Of a stretch of DNA of 64,000 nt, positions 34,635 through 47,183 are shown one piece after another. Origin of the DNA: Mytilus trossulus (taxonomy: Eukaryota); assembly GCF_036588685.1 (NCBI RefSeq), contig NC_086381.1:24180001-24244000 (forward strand). The letters run 5' to 3'. A program made the position numbers and the translations under genes. The number at the start of each line of letters is the position of its first letter. Position 1 is the first letter of the stretch. The notes below the pieces were generated by a model. It was not told the origin of the DNA, did no database searches, and was given only the letters and a program-made list of their open reading frames with translations.

Positions 34635-34736
34635 TAACTGTTTAGACAATTTTCTTTTTTCAATTCAACAACTGCATTTAAAACATATATTAGTACAAAA
34701 ATAAATAATTTATTTATAAAACAATTTGACAAGTTA

Positions 34737-35851
34737 TCAATTCTTTTTTTCATCCGAATAATATCTCTTTTTTAATGTTCTGTATTTTCTCAGCATATAT
34801 AAAGCTTCAATTTCTTTCTTGACAAACTCTCCTCGAGCTATTAACTGTTCAATCTTTTCTGGGTCTGTCACATCTTTATTACCCAGAAACGCTTTCTTCA
34901 ATCTCTCCCGAAAGTAGTCATAACCTAGTGGATATTCCTTCCCATAATACAGTAACTGAAAAGAAAAATGTATTCTTAAAAAAACAAGCTTTTTGGAAGT
35001 TATATAATGATTCTAAAATGGTATTCTAAGCTTAGCTTACAAAGGTCTAACAACAACCTGTTGACTTTCTGTTCTGTTAATTATCACATCAGCCCATGAA
35101 ATTTTAGTATGTGCATATTTATCCATCAAAACCAAAGAATTCCTTGAGGTCTTAAAAACAGAAAGTTTAATGGAACATTTTTAGATCCCTCGAAGCTTGG
35201 GCACTATCATGAAATTGCTTATAAACATGTCTTATCAAGAGGCTAAATTGATAAATCAAAGTAGCATATATTCCATATTGAAACTGTTTTTGAGATATCT
35301 TTCCAGTACAGAATTTGATTTTCTTACTTTTGTTTTCTAAATCAGATTGCAAAAAATCTTGCACTTTTTTTGGAAATGTTATTTGACCCATGTTAAATAG
35401 TTTGACATGTATCTACTAAATTTAATTTTACATTATACACATTATTCAAGATGCACTCTGTTAACAGTATATTAAGAGATTGTGTAAGGATTTACATGTA
35501 TACTATAAAATGTGTTTCCAATAGATTTTATAGTTTGTTCAGGCCTTTTAAAGCCAACCATAAGATATGGGTTTTTCTTATTGTTGAGGGCCTTATGGTT
35601 GGTTAAAATTGCTTACAAGTTATCCACTTCATTTAAACTTTGGTGGATAGTTGTTTGAACTGGCAATCATACCACACATGCCACATCTACTTATTTATAT
35701 ATTTCAAGTCAGTGTGATTGAGACAATACTAATGAACATGCTGACAAGATGTGCTTTCTAGCACAAATTGAACGCCAACGACGAAGTTAAGTAAATAACT
35801 TACAGTTTTGTATAATTCAATAACTCTTGGCCTCAAATTCTTTCCAGACAT
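34737..35851 (-). CDS. ETFRF1: Electron transfer flavoprotein regulatory factor 1 (LYR motif protein 5), 88 aa
   Basis: Exons 35851-35804 ([16 protein letters not shown]) and 34955-34737 ([72 protein letters not shown]); GT-AG phase-0 intron; missed by the ORF track. Confidence 0.95.
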
Positions 35852-36047
35852 ATTGACAAAACTAAATTTTGCTAAGTCATCTTATCTAAAAAAAAAAAAA
35901 AAAAATCTGTTAGCATTGATAATCAGAACTATCATGACTATGGAAATAGTACAAAAATGTATTTGTATTCAGTTTTGTTTATACCACACCTTATTTGACC
36001 TCCTTTATTGTTCTGTTGCTGAATGAATAAATGGTTGAAAGGATCCC

Positions 36048-36206
36048 ACAGGTACCAACTGTGCAAGGGCTATGTAGCCCTATATTCATTCATAAACAGG
36101 CATCATAATTATCAGGTACAACCGTGCAAGGGCTATGTAGCCTATATTCATTCATAAACAGGCATCATAATAATCAGGTACCAACCGTGCGAGGGCTATG
36201 TAGCCA
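36048..36206. repeat. ~65-bp tandem repeat, 2.5 copies
   Basis: caggtac(c)aac(t/c)gtgcaagggctatgtagcc(c)tatattcattcataaacaggcatcataa. Confidence 0.85.
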
Positions 36207-36574
36207 GTCAAGGTTGTTAAAAATCCCATCATAAAAAAAAGTTTGAGACGAATGCAAAAAAACATCCCGTTGACCGACTTCTTAGCCTGCTACTATTGTT
36301 CCCGACAACAATGATAGTCGTGTCATATACCATTGTGTAGATAAATCAATTTAGATTTACAGCACATTAAGTTTAAGTAGGTTTGACAACCGAGAAATAA
36401 AAAAAAAATAAAAAAATAACGGGAATTCGGGACTGGGTGTCATTTTTCAAAAAATTTAGTTAAGTACCTTGTGTTATCTGTATCTGTATGTATACGTTGA
36501 AGATACCAATTCTGGCTTTTACTCAACGGTATATTCAGGTATATAGGAATTATTTTTTTGAGACAAGTGCCTGT

Positions 36575-37923
36575 GGTATCAGGTCCGTTCGCGCCCAATA
36601 TACTTTCGCACCCTACACGTTCGCACCTCGCATGTTCGCACCCAATGTCCGTTCGCACTCTACACGTTCGCGCCCAATTTTAATACAAATTCCAGTTGAA
36701 TAATTGGAAAATCGTGATTGTTATTTATAATTGCTTTGATGTAAATACTGAATGTATTTATAGCTTGGTATGAGTAAATGATTGAATATTTTAAATGAAA
36801 AACACAAAAGAAAATTGTTTTTAACAGCTTGGTCCCTTTGATCTGAAACAATGAAATAATAAAATATAGCAAAACACTATTATATAAACCAAAACATGAT
36901 AAAATGTATTCAACGCACAAAAACAAACGTAGTCAGAATATCACTTCATTTTGAAACAAGTCAATGAAACAAAGTTATAGGCAATACACTAAACAAAACA
37001 TGATTAAGTGTTATTCAACACAAAATAAAACGTTGACAAAATTCCCACTTTAATTATAAAGGAATATTATTTTTTAACAATACACTCTCAAAAACATGAT
37101 TAAGATTTATTCAACACATAAAAAATGCTGTCTCGCTTTATTTTGAGACAATGAAATCAATTATACTTTTAAAGTCATAAGAATCCTCAAATAAAAAAAA
37201 TTAATTCCTATGATCTTTATAACTCAATGGATAGTTTTCATTATAAAACTTATGTACATATACTTTTTTCTGAAGAAAATTCTTTAATTCATTCATATTT
37301 AGAAGAAGTTTACTTTGTTTGAATAGCTTCCTTCCAGCAAGCAATTCCCCCGACATATTTTCCGTATGCAAGGTGACCTCAGTGTGACCCATCTCGTAAA
37401 AATCCGGTGACCACAATACGCATGGATGTCCTTAAAATAAACTATTATCTGAATTTACATGTTAAACACGTGCTCAATTTCCATGCTTTTTTGTTTATTT
37501 TTCGTCAATTGTTGACAAACAGGTGACAATCGTTAAACTTCGGCTTCAAAACACGAACTTTAATTACCTGCCATATTTTCACAACAACGCTGACCGATTG
37601 AAAAGAAAATTGACAATTATACGAAATTTACACAAAAAAAATGATAAATTCAAGCACAGAAGACTAAGTTTATGACGTTTGTATGCATTGGTTCAAGAAT
37701 GGGAAGAACATTATTTTTCACCGGTCACTCGTTTCTTATGCCTTTAAGAATACCTACTTGCCAAAACTTTATTTCAAGGTTATTAAACACAAAACCAATT
37801 AAAATTGGGCGCGAACATGTAGGGTGCGAACGGACTTTGGGTGCGAACATGTGGGGTGCGAAAGTGAAAGGGGGCGAACATGAGAGGGTGCGAACGTGAA
37901 TGGGCGCGAACGGACCCGGATTC
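36575..37923. mobile_element. Non-autonomous Mutator/foldback-type DNA element with 9-bp TSD
   Basis: TSD AGTGCCTGT at 36566-36574 and 37924-37932. ~110-120-bp TIRs built from gttcgc(a/g)ccc repeats; internal ~100-bp repeats (aaacatgat...tattcaac). Confidence 0.9.
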
Positions 37924-38299
37924 AGTGCCTGTGATATCAATCCTTTAAATCACTCATTGTTGCCCCCTACTGTCACATTACCAGCGGTGATCAGCCAACG
38001 AATTTACCAGAGTTCATGTTTGTGCTGTTTTCAGTGTAGATGATGACAGTGTATAACTTATGTAACGATTAACGACGAAATAATCCAACAAACTTCGTTA
38101 TCGTTCCCTTGCTTGAGACGCATGCCAGTCTGTATCTGTATCTGTATCTGTGTAAGGAATTCCCTCCTTCAAAGGAGCACTTCTTTTCAGAATCGGTTTA
38201 AAAGTTCACAATATATATATTTACAGGACTATATTTACAGGGGTCTTTGGTAAACAAAAAAGTAAAAATCTACGCCCGTGGGGTGAATGCTGGCTACAT

Positions 38300-41200
38300 T
38301 CAATGGCCCTTTCGTTTGTTTGACGGTAGAGCTTTCAAAAGTTCATTTCTTTTGGTATGTAACGCATAGCACAGTTTTCTATTTATATACTCCACTTTGA
38401 AGCAGTTGTCCATGCATTTGCATCTACAGCCACATGCGCATAATAATCTACTTGGGTCTAAAATAAGCTGTTTATTTATTACTAAGCTGGTTAGGTTAAA
38501 GCATTTATCACAGTTTTTAATGCTACGAAGAAAGCAGTCTAATTCATACAAGTATGGTATACGAATATTATTCAGAGGTTTACAATCTAGAATAAAATGT
38601 TCAACAGTTTCTGAATTTTCGTTGCAGAGAAGACAAGTTGGATCTATTGAATTCTGGTTAAATGCAGCCTTATTGCTTTGCAGGTAATAAGTTCCTGTTA
38701 ATAGCTTTAATTTTGGTTGTAGGCGGCTAATATCTTGTGCAGAGGTACCAACACTTGCCAGACATGGATGAATATTGTACCATAGAATATTATTTGCAGA
38801 TAAATTGCGAAGAGAGCTGAATAATGATACTTTTGTCCTGAGTTGTTCATACCAAACGTTGTCCACTGCCTTCTTAACAATTGCTTTCCATCTGTATCTA
38901 CTGACCGGGTTCTGTATAAGTTCATGAGCTGATTGTAGGTTATATTGTGCAAGTAAGCAACGTATTTTAGAGAACCAGTTTTTGGAGTTAAATCCGGATA
39001 TCGAGAGTTGTCTTTCTGCCAGATCTTTTTCAACGGATGATTCCATACCACAAATCTTGTTGTATATGTTTAAGGCTGCTTTGTGTATAATGCCTTGGAG
39101 TGGTATAACTCCTGCTATAGTATAAATTGCTGCATCCGCCGTGTTGTTGGGAAGCGACAAGATCTGTTTAATTGATTTTCGATAGAATACTTCTAGTGGC
39201 TCTAATTGTTTATTGTCTGGAAGAAGAATGTCAATTCCATAGATAAGAACAGGAAGAACATAAACGTTGAAAATGTGAAGACATGTTATTGGATTTAGCC
39301 CATTCTTTCCATGCAGACCAGCCCCCATCAGGCTATACATAGTTCGTCTTGCCTTTGAGATGTTTTCATCAACATGGATGCTGGTAGTTTTTTTTAAATC
39401 AGAGCTGTGTTTTATGCCAATATGCACAGCTGAATCTGGCTCATTCATTTCTATGTTATTAATTTTGAAGCTGAAGCCTGTATCTTTTGAAGGTGGTTCA
39501 TGTTTTAATACAACACTTTTTGTTGGTTGGAGTGAGTATTTCTCTTGCAAGCTGTAATTCTCAACCGTACTTATCATTGTTTGGAGGTCATTAGGAGAAT
39601 TGGCAATGAGAGCAACATCATCTGCGCAAGTTGGGGATCCACAGTATATATTTCCGATGTAGGTGCCAAGGCCACTGTTTTCTAATTGGTCCAATACATC
39701 ATTGATGTAAACTTTGTACAGTTCGGTGCTTAATATGCCGCCTTGTCTTACTCCTTGTTGTACAGGAAATGGTTTTGACATTAGACCGTTCCATTTTATA
39801 GAGGTTGTGGCGTATGTACTCAGTTGGCGGATAAGTAGCCAGAGGGTCCCACCGACTCCTGATAGAAAGAGTTTACGGTGTAAGCTGTTAAGATTGACAA
39901 CATCAAATGCAGATTTGGCGTCTAGCAGAGCTACAAAAACAGGAATCTTTTGGTCCATTGATTCTGCTATGGATTCTAGGAGTATGAGTGCGCTATATAA
40001 AGGCGATACCCCAGGAGTGAAACCTCTTTGTAATCGGTTTTGGAGAATATCGATGATGTCTCTTAGCAGTTTCCTCAGTAGTATTTCAAGGATTTTCCCG
40101 ATAATTGGGAGTACAGTGATTCCTCTATAATTTTTTGCCTCATTTGGTAGTCCTTTGTTTTTGAATATTGGTGTTAAGATTCCATGTTTTATGCAGTCTG
40201 GTATGGTTGCAGAGGAGCAGATGTTGTTGATTATAGATGTTATTGCCTGCAGTAATGTATCTCCACCATATTTGACATGTTCTGCTGTAATACCGTATAT
40301 ATCAGGTGCCTTGTTGGTGTTCAGTTGGTTTATGGCTTTGTCAATTTCTTCAGCTGTGAAAGTTAATGGTACAGCATTTTGTTTGCAGATTTCTTCAATA
40401 ATGTCTATATCAAATTCTTTGTTGGCATGATCCGAGTTCGTGGTATTAGACTCAGGTGTTGCGAGCTTGCTGAAATGCTCGTTCCAACCTTGAAGTATTT
40501 CTTCCCGAGAAGAATAGGTTTTGTCTTCTACAGTCAGGTCTGATATGGAAGATTTTTTGGTTTTCCTTTGTGCATTTACAAGTCTATGGAATATTTTGCT
40601 ATCTCTTTGCTTAGCGTTCATGATCTTCTGTAGCGATTCATCTCGTTGCCGCGCAATTTCTTGTCTCCGTGCTTTGCGCAGTTGCTTTTTAGTTTTTTTC
40701 CTTTCTTGCATAGTTTCGCCAGATGTTGGTTTTCCTTCTAATTTCCATTTATCAAGTGATGATTTATTCATTTTCAGTGATTGTTCAATTTCATCATTCC
40801 AGATATGTCTGTTTCGTTGGGTTGATATTTTAGATGGTGGTACTATATTTTTTTGAGCTGTAACTATGGTTTCCATAAGTCTTGTTATTGCAGTTGAATC
40901 ATTCAAGTAGTCAATGGGATTTTCTTGAAGGCATTTTGTTAAACTATCTTGGTATTGTTGTAAATCTATCTTATCCCATTTGATTTTATTTGACACTACT
41001 GGTTGGTCTTGTTTTTTCTTGCTAATAATCTCGGTTTCAATTTCCGTTAAAAGAGGATAGTGGTCAGAGGTGTTGTTTGACAACATATCCAGTCTAATGG
41101 TGTTGTAAACTTTATCGGCTAGACTGTCGTGTACAAAGATATAGTCAATTGTTGATGTTTCATTGCCATTTGGATGAATGAATGTTAATGGGGTTGCTTT

Positions 41201-41800
41201 AAACAATAGCTTCTTAGAACTTATGAAGTCTTCGAGTTCCTTTAACCGTGCTGATTTAATAGATGTTTTCATCAGATCACAGTTCCAGTCTCCACATAGG
41301 ACAGGTGTACATGTGTCGGAGTATTTGAGAATTATCTCGTGGAGCTGGTCAAGACATTCTTTGAACTGTTCGTTTGCCTGTTTTGACCCTCTACATGGCA
41401 TATAAGCACAGATTAATAGAATTGGCTTTGGTTTTACATTTATCTTTATACATATAATTCTCTCTGAGCCATCATTAATTTTTTCTACAAGATGATCGAG
41501 ATGCTGTTTCCAAAGTATAGCTACTCCACCATATCCTCTAGGTTTTTGAGTTGGAGGTATAGGGTTGTTTTCGTCAACTGACTTGCATGTCCAAGATGTT
41601 TTGTTAAAGAGTTCTCCTATATTGTCCTGTTCAAACTTGAATAGCCAATGTTCCTGAATACATATAAAATCGGTAAAATCTAAAATGTCTTTTATACAAG
41701 ATTGGGAGTTATATACATTTTTACAATTGAAGGAGGATATTCTTAGTAAAGTTGAAGTAGAGGCATCCTGTGCTATGTGATTATCTGGATGTTCTGGCAA
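38300..41800 (-). CDS. LINE ORF2: AP endonuclease + reverse transcriptase + C-terminal CCHC, 1166 aa, intact
   Basis: SFNC..IQEHWL..GGVAILW..GDWN..IDYIF..SDHYP (APE); KAPDIYGI, PIFKNKG..NYRGIT, QRGF, LDAKSAFDVV, GVRQGGILS, TCADD (RT); CLLC..ETVEHFILDC. Confidence 0.97.
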   Translation of the reverse strand: MPEHPDNHIAQDASTSTLLRISSFNCKNVYNSQSCIKDILDFTDFICIQEHWLFKFEQDNIGELFNKTSWTCKSVDENNPIPPTQKPRGYGGVAILWKQHLDHLVEKINDGSERIICIKINVKPKPILLICAYMPCRGSKQANEQFKECLDQLHEIILKYSDTCTPVLCGDWNCDLMKTSIKSARLKELEDFISSKKLLFKATPLTFIHPNGNETSTIDYIFVHDSLADKVYNTIRLDMLSNNTSDHYPLLTEIETEIISKKKQDQPVVSNKIKWDKIDLQQYQDSLTKCLQENPIDYLNDSTAITRLMETIVTAQKNIVPPSKISTQRNRHIWNDEIEQSLKMNKSSLDKWKLEGKPTSGETMQERKKTKKQLRKARRQEIARQRDESLQKIMNAKQRDSKIFHRLVNAQRKTKKSSISDLTVEDKTYSSREEILQGWNEHFSKLATPESNTTNSDHANKEFDIDIIEEICKQNAVPLTFTAEEIDKAINQLNTNKAPDIYGITAEHVKYGGDTLLQAITSIINNICSSATIPDCIKHGILTPIFKNKGLPNEAKNYRGITVLPIIGKILEILLRKLLRDIIDILQNRLQRGFTPGVSPLYSALILLESIAESMDQKIPVFVALLDAKSAFDVVNLNSLHRKLFLSGVGGTLWLLIRQLSTYATTSIKWNGLMSKPFPVQQGVRQGGILSTELYKVYINDVLDQLENSGLGTYIGNIYCGSPTCADDVALIANSPNDLQTMISTVENYSLQEKYSLQPTKSVVLKHEPPSKDTGFSFKINNIEMNEPDSAVHIGIKHSSDLKKTTSIHVDENISKARRTMYSLMGAGLHGKNGLNPITCLHIFNVYVLPVLIYGIDILLPDNKQLEPLEVFYRKSIKQILSLPNNTADAAIYTIAGVIPLQGIIHKAALNIYNKICGMESSVEKDLAERQLSISGFNSKNWFSKIRCLLAQYNLQSAHELIQNPVSRYRWKAIVKKAVDNVWYEQLRTKVSLFSSLRNLSANNILWYNIHPCLASVGTSAQDISRLQPKLKLLTGTYYLQSNKAAFNQNSIDPTCLLCNENSETVEHFILDCKPLNNIRIPYLYELDCFLRSIKNCDKCFNLTSLVINKQLILDPSRLLCACGCRCKCMDNCFKVEYINRKLCYALHTKRNELLKALPSNKRKGH

Positions 41801-42570
41801 AGTTCTAAAAAAGAGTCCGGCTGATTTGTTGGATAATCCTCAGTATTTGAGCTGGGTCCAATAGCTTCCTGTGATATTTGATTTCTTTGAACACATGGAA
41901 CTTCTTTGTCAGGTATAGATTGTTCCTTGTTTAACATACTGCTGACGTCCTCAGGTTCTGTTGTGAGTTCTTGTTGTGACCTTTTGATTTCACTTACTGT
42001 GTTAAGAAGTTCAGATGTATCTGTAGAATTTAACATGGTTGGTGTTGTTGCCATGTTTGAGATTGCATTTTCTGTCGGAGGTGTAGTTGTGACAGATTTG
42101 TGAGGCTGATTGACCAAATTGGTTGCTTGAGGCCCTGTTGTGGAATTAATAACAGTATTCACGGTTTGGTTGTTTTTGTTGTCATGCCTGAAGTGCAGGT
42201 TTGCTCCTGTAAATGTTTGCTGGGCTGGTTGACGGTTATGTTGGTTGTTTACCGTTGTTTGATGATGGAAATAAGATGGAGGCGGAATATTTGAAGGATG
42301 TGGAGGTAATCCATGCGAAGGAAATATTGGTCTTTGCATGTTTGGAAGGTAAGCTGGCGTGTGTTGTGGTTGACCTGGCCAGTTGGTGCTCATTGGTCTG
42401 TACTGCTGGGGATATGTAGGTAATCTAGCCATGTAGGCAGGGCCCTGTGGAATTGGGTACTGCATTTGGAAGTGGCTTGTATGATATGGCTGATAGTGTG
42501 GCCTAGCTGATTGTGATAATGTCAGTTCTAGAGTTCTGAGCCTCTGTTGGATGGACTGCAGTTCCAGTGC
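41773..42570 (-). CDS. LINE ORF1, C-terminal part (coiled-coil end + P/Q/T-rich low-complexity tail), 5'-truncated
   Basis: The frame stays open upstream of the track's Met (ALELQSIQQRLRTLELTLSQ...); overlaps the ORF2 start by 28 nt. Confidence 0.75.
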   Translation of the reverse strand, partial: ALELQSIQQRLRTLELTLSQSARPHYQPYHTSHFQMQYPIPQGPAYMARLPTYPQQYRPMSTNWPGQPQHTPAYLPNMQRPIFPSHGLPPHPSNIPPPSYFHHQTTVNNQHNRQPAQQTFTGANLHFRHDNKNNQTVNTVINSTTGPQATNLVNQPHKSVTTTPPTENAISNMATTPTMLNSTDTSELLNTVSEIKRSQQELTTEPEDVSSMLNKEQSIPDKEVPCVQRNQISQEAIGPSSNTEDYPTNQPDSFLELCQNIQIIT

Positions 42571-43019
42571 ATCATATAATCAGAACGTTTTCCCATTTTT
42601 TTTCATAAATGTAAATTGTTATTTGGGATAAATGGCATTCATTCAGAATATAACTGCAATATAAATAAGCATATTTGTTTACCTTTTGGTTTGTCTGCTG
42701 AAGAATTCTTTTTAGTAAAGTCAGAGACATATATACACATGTGTATATATGTCTCTGGTAAAGTTAAGATAAGCAACGATTTTACCTATTACCAGTTTTT
42801 TCTTCTCAAATTTTATAACTACAACGTACCCATTTGTTGGTACGTTATAGAACGTTTCGGCCTCAGTCTTTTCGGCCATACTTCGTTTATACGTTTTGGT
42901 CATGTTTTTTATTGCTATATAGAGGGGAAGGTATTTTTTTTTCGAATCAGAAATAATAATTAAAAAAACAGTTAATAAACATCAACAAAAATATACCAAC
43001 TAAAGTAATTGGAAAAAAA

Positions 43020-43350
43020 TCAAAATTACCATGGGTAAATAGAGACCTGAAAAGACTCATAAGAAAGAAAAACAAACTCTAATTATAAAAAGAAAAGTCA
43101 TGACTCAAATTTCAAAATAAATACAAGGAGATAAAGACCAAACTCCAAAAAGAGATGAGAATAGCATACTGGGCACACATCGAAAATATGATCTTTGACA
43201 TCTATATAAAAGAACCAGACGAAGGCACCCTCCATACAAACCCCTCTGAAAAAGCCAAAATACTAAACCAATAATTTCTATCTGCTTTCACATCAGAAAC
43301 TAACACAGAAATACCAATGAAAGAAACTAGTACACACCCTAAAATGGAAC
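43020..43350 (+). pseudogene. Decayed CR1/L2-type LINE ORF2 fragment
   Basis: LPW.N, LQKEMRIAYWAHIENMIFD and KAKILNQ*FLSAFTSE read in broken frames. Confidence 0.55.
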
Positions 43351-43730
43351 TAAATAACCTCAGTCGGGAATGAAATAAAAAATGTAAAAATTAAAAGTTC
43401 AATAAAAATTGTAAAGCTTAAAAATAAAGAAAAATTGAAATCAGTAATTTTTAAAAAGCAACCTCAATCAGGCATGCGCCAGAATGTAATCTTCAAAATG
43501 TTGATGATTTTCTGTAACTAAAGAAGTTTTCAGAATTCCATGTTCTAAAAATATGAATTATAATTCGTATTTGAAAATGGTGATTTATTTTATAAAAAAT
43601 TTAACAAGACATGATTGTAATGAAAGTGATAGGAAAATATCTTATACATAAAGTATTCATTATGACAGTTGTCCATTCGTTTGATGCCGGTGTTTGTGCT
43701 TTTGATTTTGCCATTTGATTAGGGACTTTC

Positions 43731-44262
43731 GTACCTGCCAACTTTTCAAAATGCCCATGGGGGTTTTGCGTGCAAAATGGCTGTCACAGTCTAAAAAACC
43801 TTCAAAGGGGCCTTCAAATACGGCAGTATAATTTTGTTTTTTTGCTTCTTCATACTTGTATAAGACTACAGACATTGTAAAATTATATGTTTTGTTTAAA
43901 ATTGTGGACAAAAATTTCCCCAAGTCAGGAGCCTGTAATTCAGTGGTTGTCGTTTGTTTATGTTTACATTTTTGTTTTTCGTAAATTTTTTTACATAAAT
44001 AAGGCCGTTAGTTTTCTCGTTTGAATTGTTTTACATTGTCTTATCGGGGCCTTTTATAGCTGACTATATGCGGTATGGGCTTTATTCATTGTTGAAGGCC
44101 GTACGGTGACCTATAATTGTTAATGTTTGTGTCATTTTGGTCTTTTGTAGATAGGTGTCTCATTGGCAATCATACCACATCTTCTTTGTTATAAAAATGC
44201 TCTTTCAAAATTTCAATTTGGGAGCCTTCATGGGGGAAATCCCCCACAAATAGTGACAGTAT
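43731..44262. mobile_element. hAT-like MITE with 8-bp TSD, containing a SINE-like insert and itself splitting an older repeat
   Basis: TSD GGACTTTC at 43723-43730 and 44263-44270; degenerate TIR gtacctgcca...tgacagtat. Confidence 0.65.
43917..44190 (+). repeat. SINE-like dispersed repeat, best-preserved copy in the window
   Basis: cccaagtcaggagcctgtaattcagtggttgtcg...gaaggccgtacggtgacctata...gtctcattggcaatcataccacatcttctt. Confidence 0.8.
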
Positions 44263-45409
44263 GGACTTTCTGTGTTGAATTTTCCTCGGAGTTCAGTATT
44301 TTTGTCATTTAACATTTTTTTGTCAAATAATTGTTGAGAAAATACCAAACAGAATAACTAAAACGACAAAAACCAACCTGAGTTCAAAATGATATCCACT
44401 TGTTGAATACTATTCTTATCACAAATAATATAAGCTGTTTGAGTAGAGCTGATTTGTGACATGGTTAATACATGTTACTCGTTTCTCGTTTTTTTATATA
44501 TATTAGACCGTTGATTTTTCGGTTTGAACGGGTTTACAATAGTCATTATGGGGCCCTTTATACTTTATAGCTTGCTGTTCGGTGTGAGCAAAGGCTCGGT
44601 GTTGAAGGCCGTACTTTGAACTATAAGGATTTATTTTTTACAAATTGTAATTAAAGAATTTAACTGTTGTTTGTTCTCTTGATTTATTTTGACCATTACA
44701 AGTACATGCGTTTGAAAAATAAAGTTTATTAATTTAAACAGTAGTTTATTATCTTTGCTACAGCCAAGCATTGGACGGGGGGGGGGGGGGGGGGGGGGTC
44801 TTTGCCATGGCATTGTCAGTTTGTTTTCGACTTGAGAGTCTATGTATTCCTTTTGGTCTCTTTCGCCTCTCTGAATTGAATTTTTAATAAATATTTTTTA
44901 ACAAATATGGGTCGGTGTCGAGAGATTTATAGAAATTATAAAGTATAAGCTTGAATATTTAAGAGTTGATATATTTTTAAGTACTAAAATGTCATACGGT
45001 TTCTTGGTTTGTAACGTAAGGAAATTTGAGTAATCTCCCGTTGTCCATATTCTGTCATTTTAAGCATCTACTGATTTTTTTCAATTTAAATGACCATTGC
45101 CATTGACAAGGATTAATAATAAATTAAATGTTATCAAAGCTTTACAATACGTTAATGGACTTTCTTTAGAATTGAGGCGGACTTCACAACAAGGACAAGT
45201 CGAGTGAGACCTAACTGAACTGTTTTCTAGCCGGTGACTGCTCCAAAATTGATAGTATTGAACTCTTTAGAATGTTCTTATATCATAGAATTATGAATTA
45301 TCTGCATCGTGTTTATCTTATATAATTCAGTAAAGTTGATTCAATAATCTTACTGCAATAATCATATCTCTGGCAAAAAACAGAGATACGATTAATCTAA
45401 AATTAAATA

Positions 45410-45580
45410 TAAATGATTGATTGCTTACTGTTTAAAACGTCCAGTGGCAAATTCAGTCAATTACTTATAAATGTCGTGTGCTTAGAGGGCAGCTAGTGTA
45501 AAATTTGACCAGTGTGGGATGAAATCAAAGACCCCTGCACTCGAAGCGAGCGAGCTACAAGGAAACCACCGATGCGGTTT
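45410..45580 (-). mobile_element. Degenerate tRNA-derived SINE
   Basis: - strand head accgcatcggtggt...gctcgcttcgagtgc...ggtcaaa; tail ttgccactggacgtt..aagcaatcaatc. Confidence 0.45.
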
Positions 45581-47183
45581 TGAAGGAAAATGTTGTAATT
45601 AATCAGGACACTGGTTGATAGAAATATGGAAACACTTTTATAGGTACTGAGAAGCATAGTCTTCACCCTGTTGTCCATGTAAATACTAGTATAATGAATT
45701 ATAAAAACAAAAGCAATTCTAAACCATACCGAAAGCACTATAATTGCTAGTAAAACATCTATAAACTGTTTTCATTTATTCAACAGTTTCTATATACTAA
45801 AGTTCTGCTCCGACTTTCAAAAGAAAACATTTTCAATTTATACTGAAATAGAAAATGAAACCTTCCATGTAAATATGAAATTGGCCGATTTCTGTTTTTT
45901 TTTTTTTTTTTTTTTTTGTCTTTGTTTTTTTTTATACATAATCCGTTACCAATCTCTCTAAATATGTATCTCCTATAGATATCACTCAGTATCAAATGTC
46001 TGCCATCATTTCTAAAATTAAAAATATGTAACACCAAAATATCAATGACACCAAGGATCTGTATACTAGTACAATACAAATCAAATAACACCATAACAAA
46101 CAGAAAGAAAGGAGACTATAGAAGACCAACAAAATGTCCATCTTCAAACATTAGGCGGTTCTATTAAAATTCGTGTTCCTCCTGAACTATTAACATACAT
46201 ATATATATATAGACACTCGTAGTTTTCATGTTTAAATCCGGTCATATTTTTGAAACTGAAGGTAAGACAGGCCACAAAAAGTGAAAACACAAACACTAAA
46301 AAAAATATAGAACAAGAAAAAACTAGTGCTCAGAGACATTTGCGTACTCTAATTTAACCCAGGGTGATATCAGGTTACCAGAAGGATGACCACGTCCTCT
46401 TTCAACTATGTTCTATACCAGAAAGAATAGTGTTGTGTTGGAACTAACAAGCAAATATCCGACAGTCGTACGGGTTTAATGAAAAGCAAGGAATCGTTAA
46501 AAAATAAGGGAAGACACACAAGAGAAACATATTAGGTTCTATAATATCGGGTCAACGGGAATAAATATATATTTATATTACTGTGACGAGTTCTTCAATT
46601 TTATTTTCTTGTATACTATACGTCTAAATATGTCACGGAAAACATTACGACAGACATTCTCTGTCGGATAACCTGTTGATATATAGGGGTGGCAATGGCC
46701 ATATTCTTTATCATTACTAAGTTTCAAATGTAGCCCAGCAATGCTAAATTTGAAAATTTGCGTTACGACGTTTTGGTAACATCTCTTGCACTGTGGCCAG
46801 CAATTATACCAATCCACTAGGCTATATAAATATAGATTTCGTCAGTCGAGTAATACCTTTCCTCGTCTGCTCTACTAGGGTGGGAACATAGTATACATGA
46901 TGTATATACCTTACGACAGACGTTCTCCGTAGAATAACATGTGATTATACAGGGCTAACATTATATATACTTCGTCTCAAATTAAGCAGATACTTCGTTC
47001 CAACCATGCGAGGTCTTCATATTTGCCTATGTAAAATTGTGTTCTTTCCTCAGCGGGTCAAATTTGAGACCCCTGCAATTGAAATATTGTGGAAACTCTG
47101 CCTACAACGTGCCCAGCGCCCTACTCCAACTATGCTATTTAAAATACTAGTATAGCGGTTATAATATATACATGTAATACCTA

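Larger units (their letters stand above)
38129..42575 (-). mobile_element. 5'-truncated LINE (APE-RT, RTEX-like) with (CAGATA)n tail
   Basis: Tail tctgtatctgtatctgtatctg at 38129-38150, ~150-bp 3' UTR, intact ORF2, partial ORF1; abrupt change to AT-rich flank near 42575; no TSD found. Confidence 0.9.

Noticed and set aside
38397-42419. Plus-strand and alternate-frame ORFs overlapping the LINE
   Set aside because: Shadow ORFs of the long LINE reading frames with no independent motifs.
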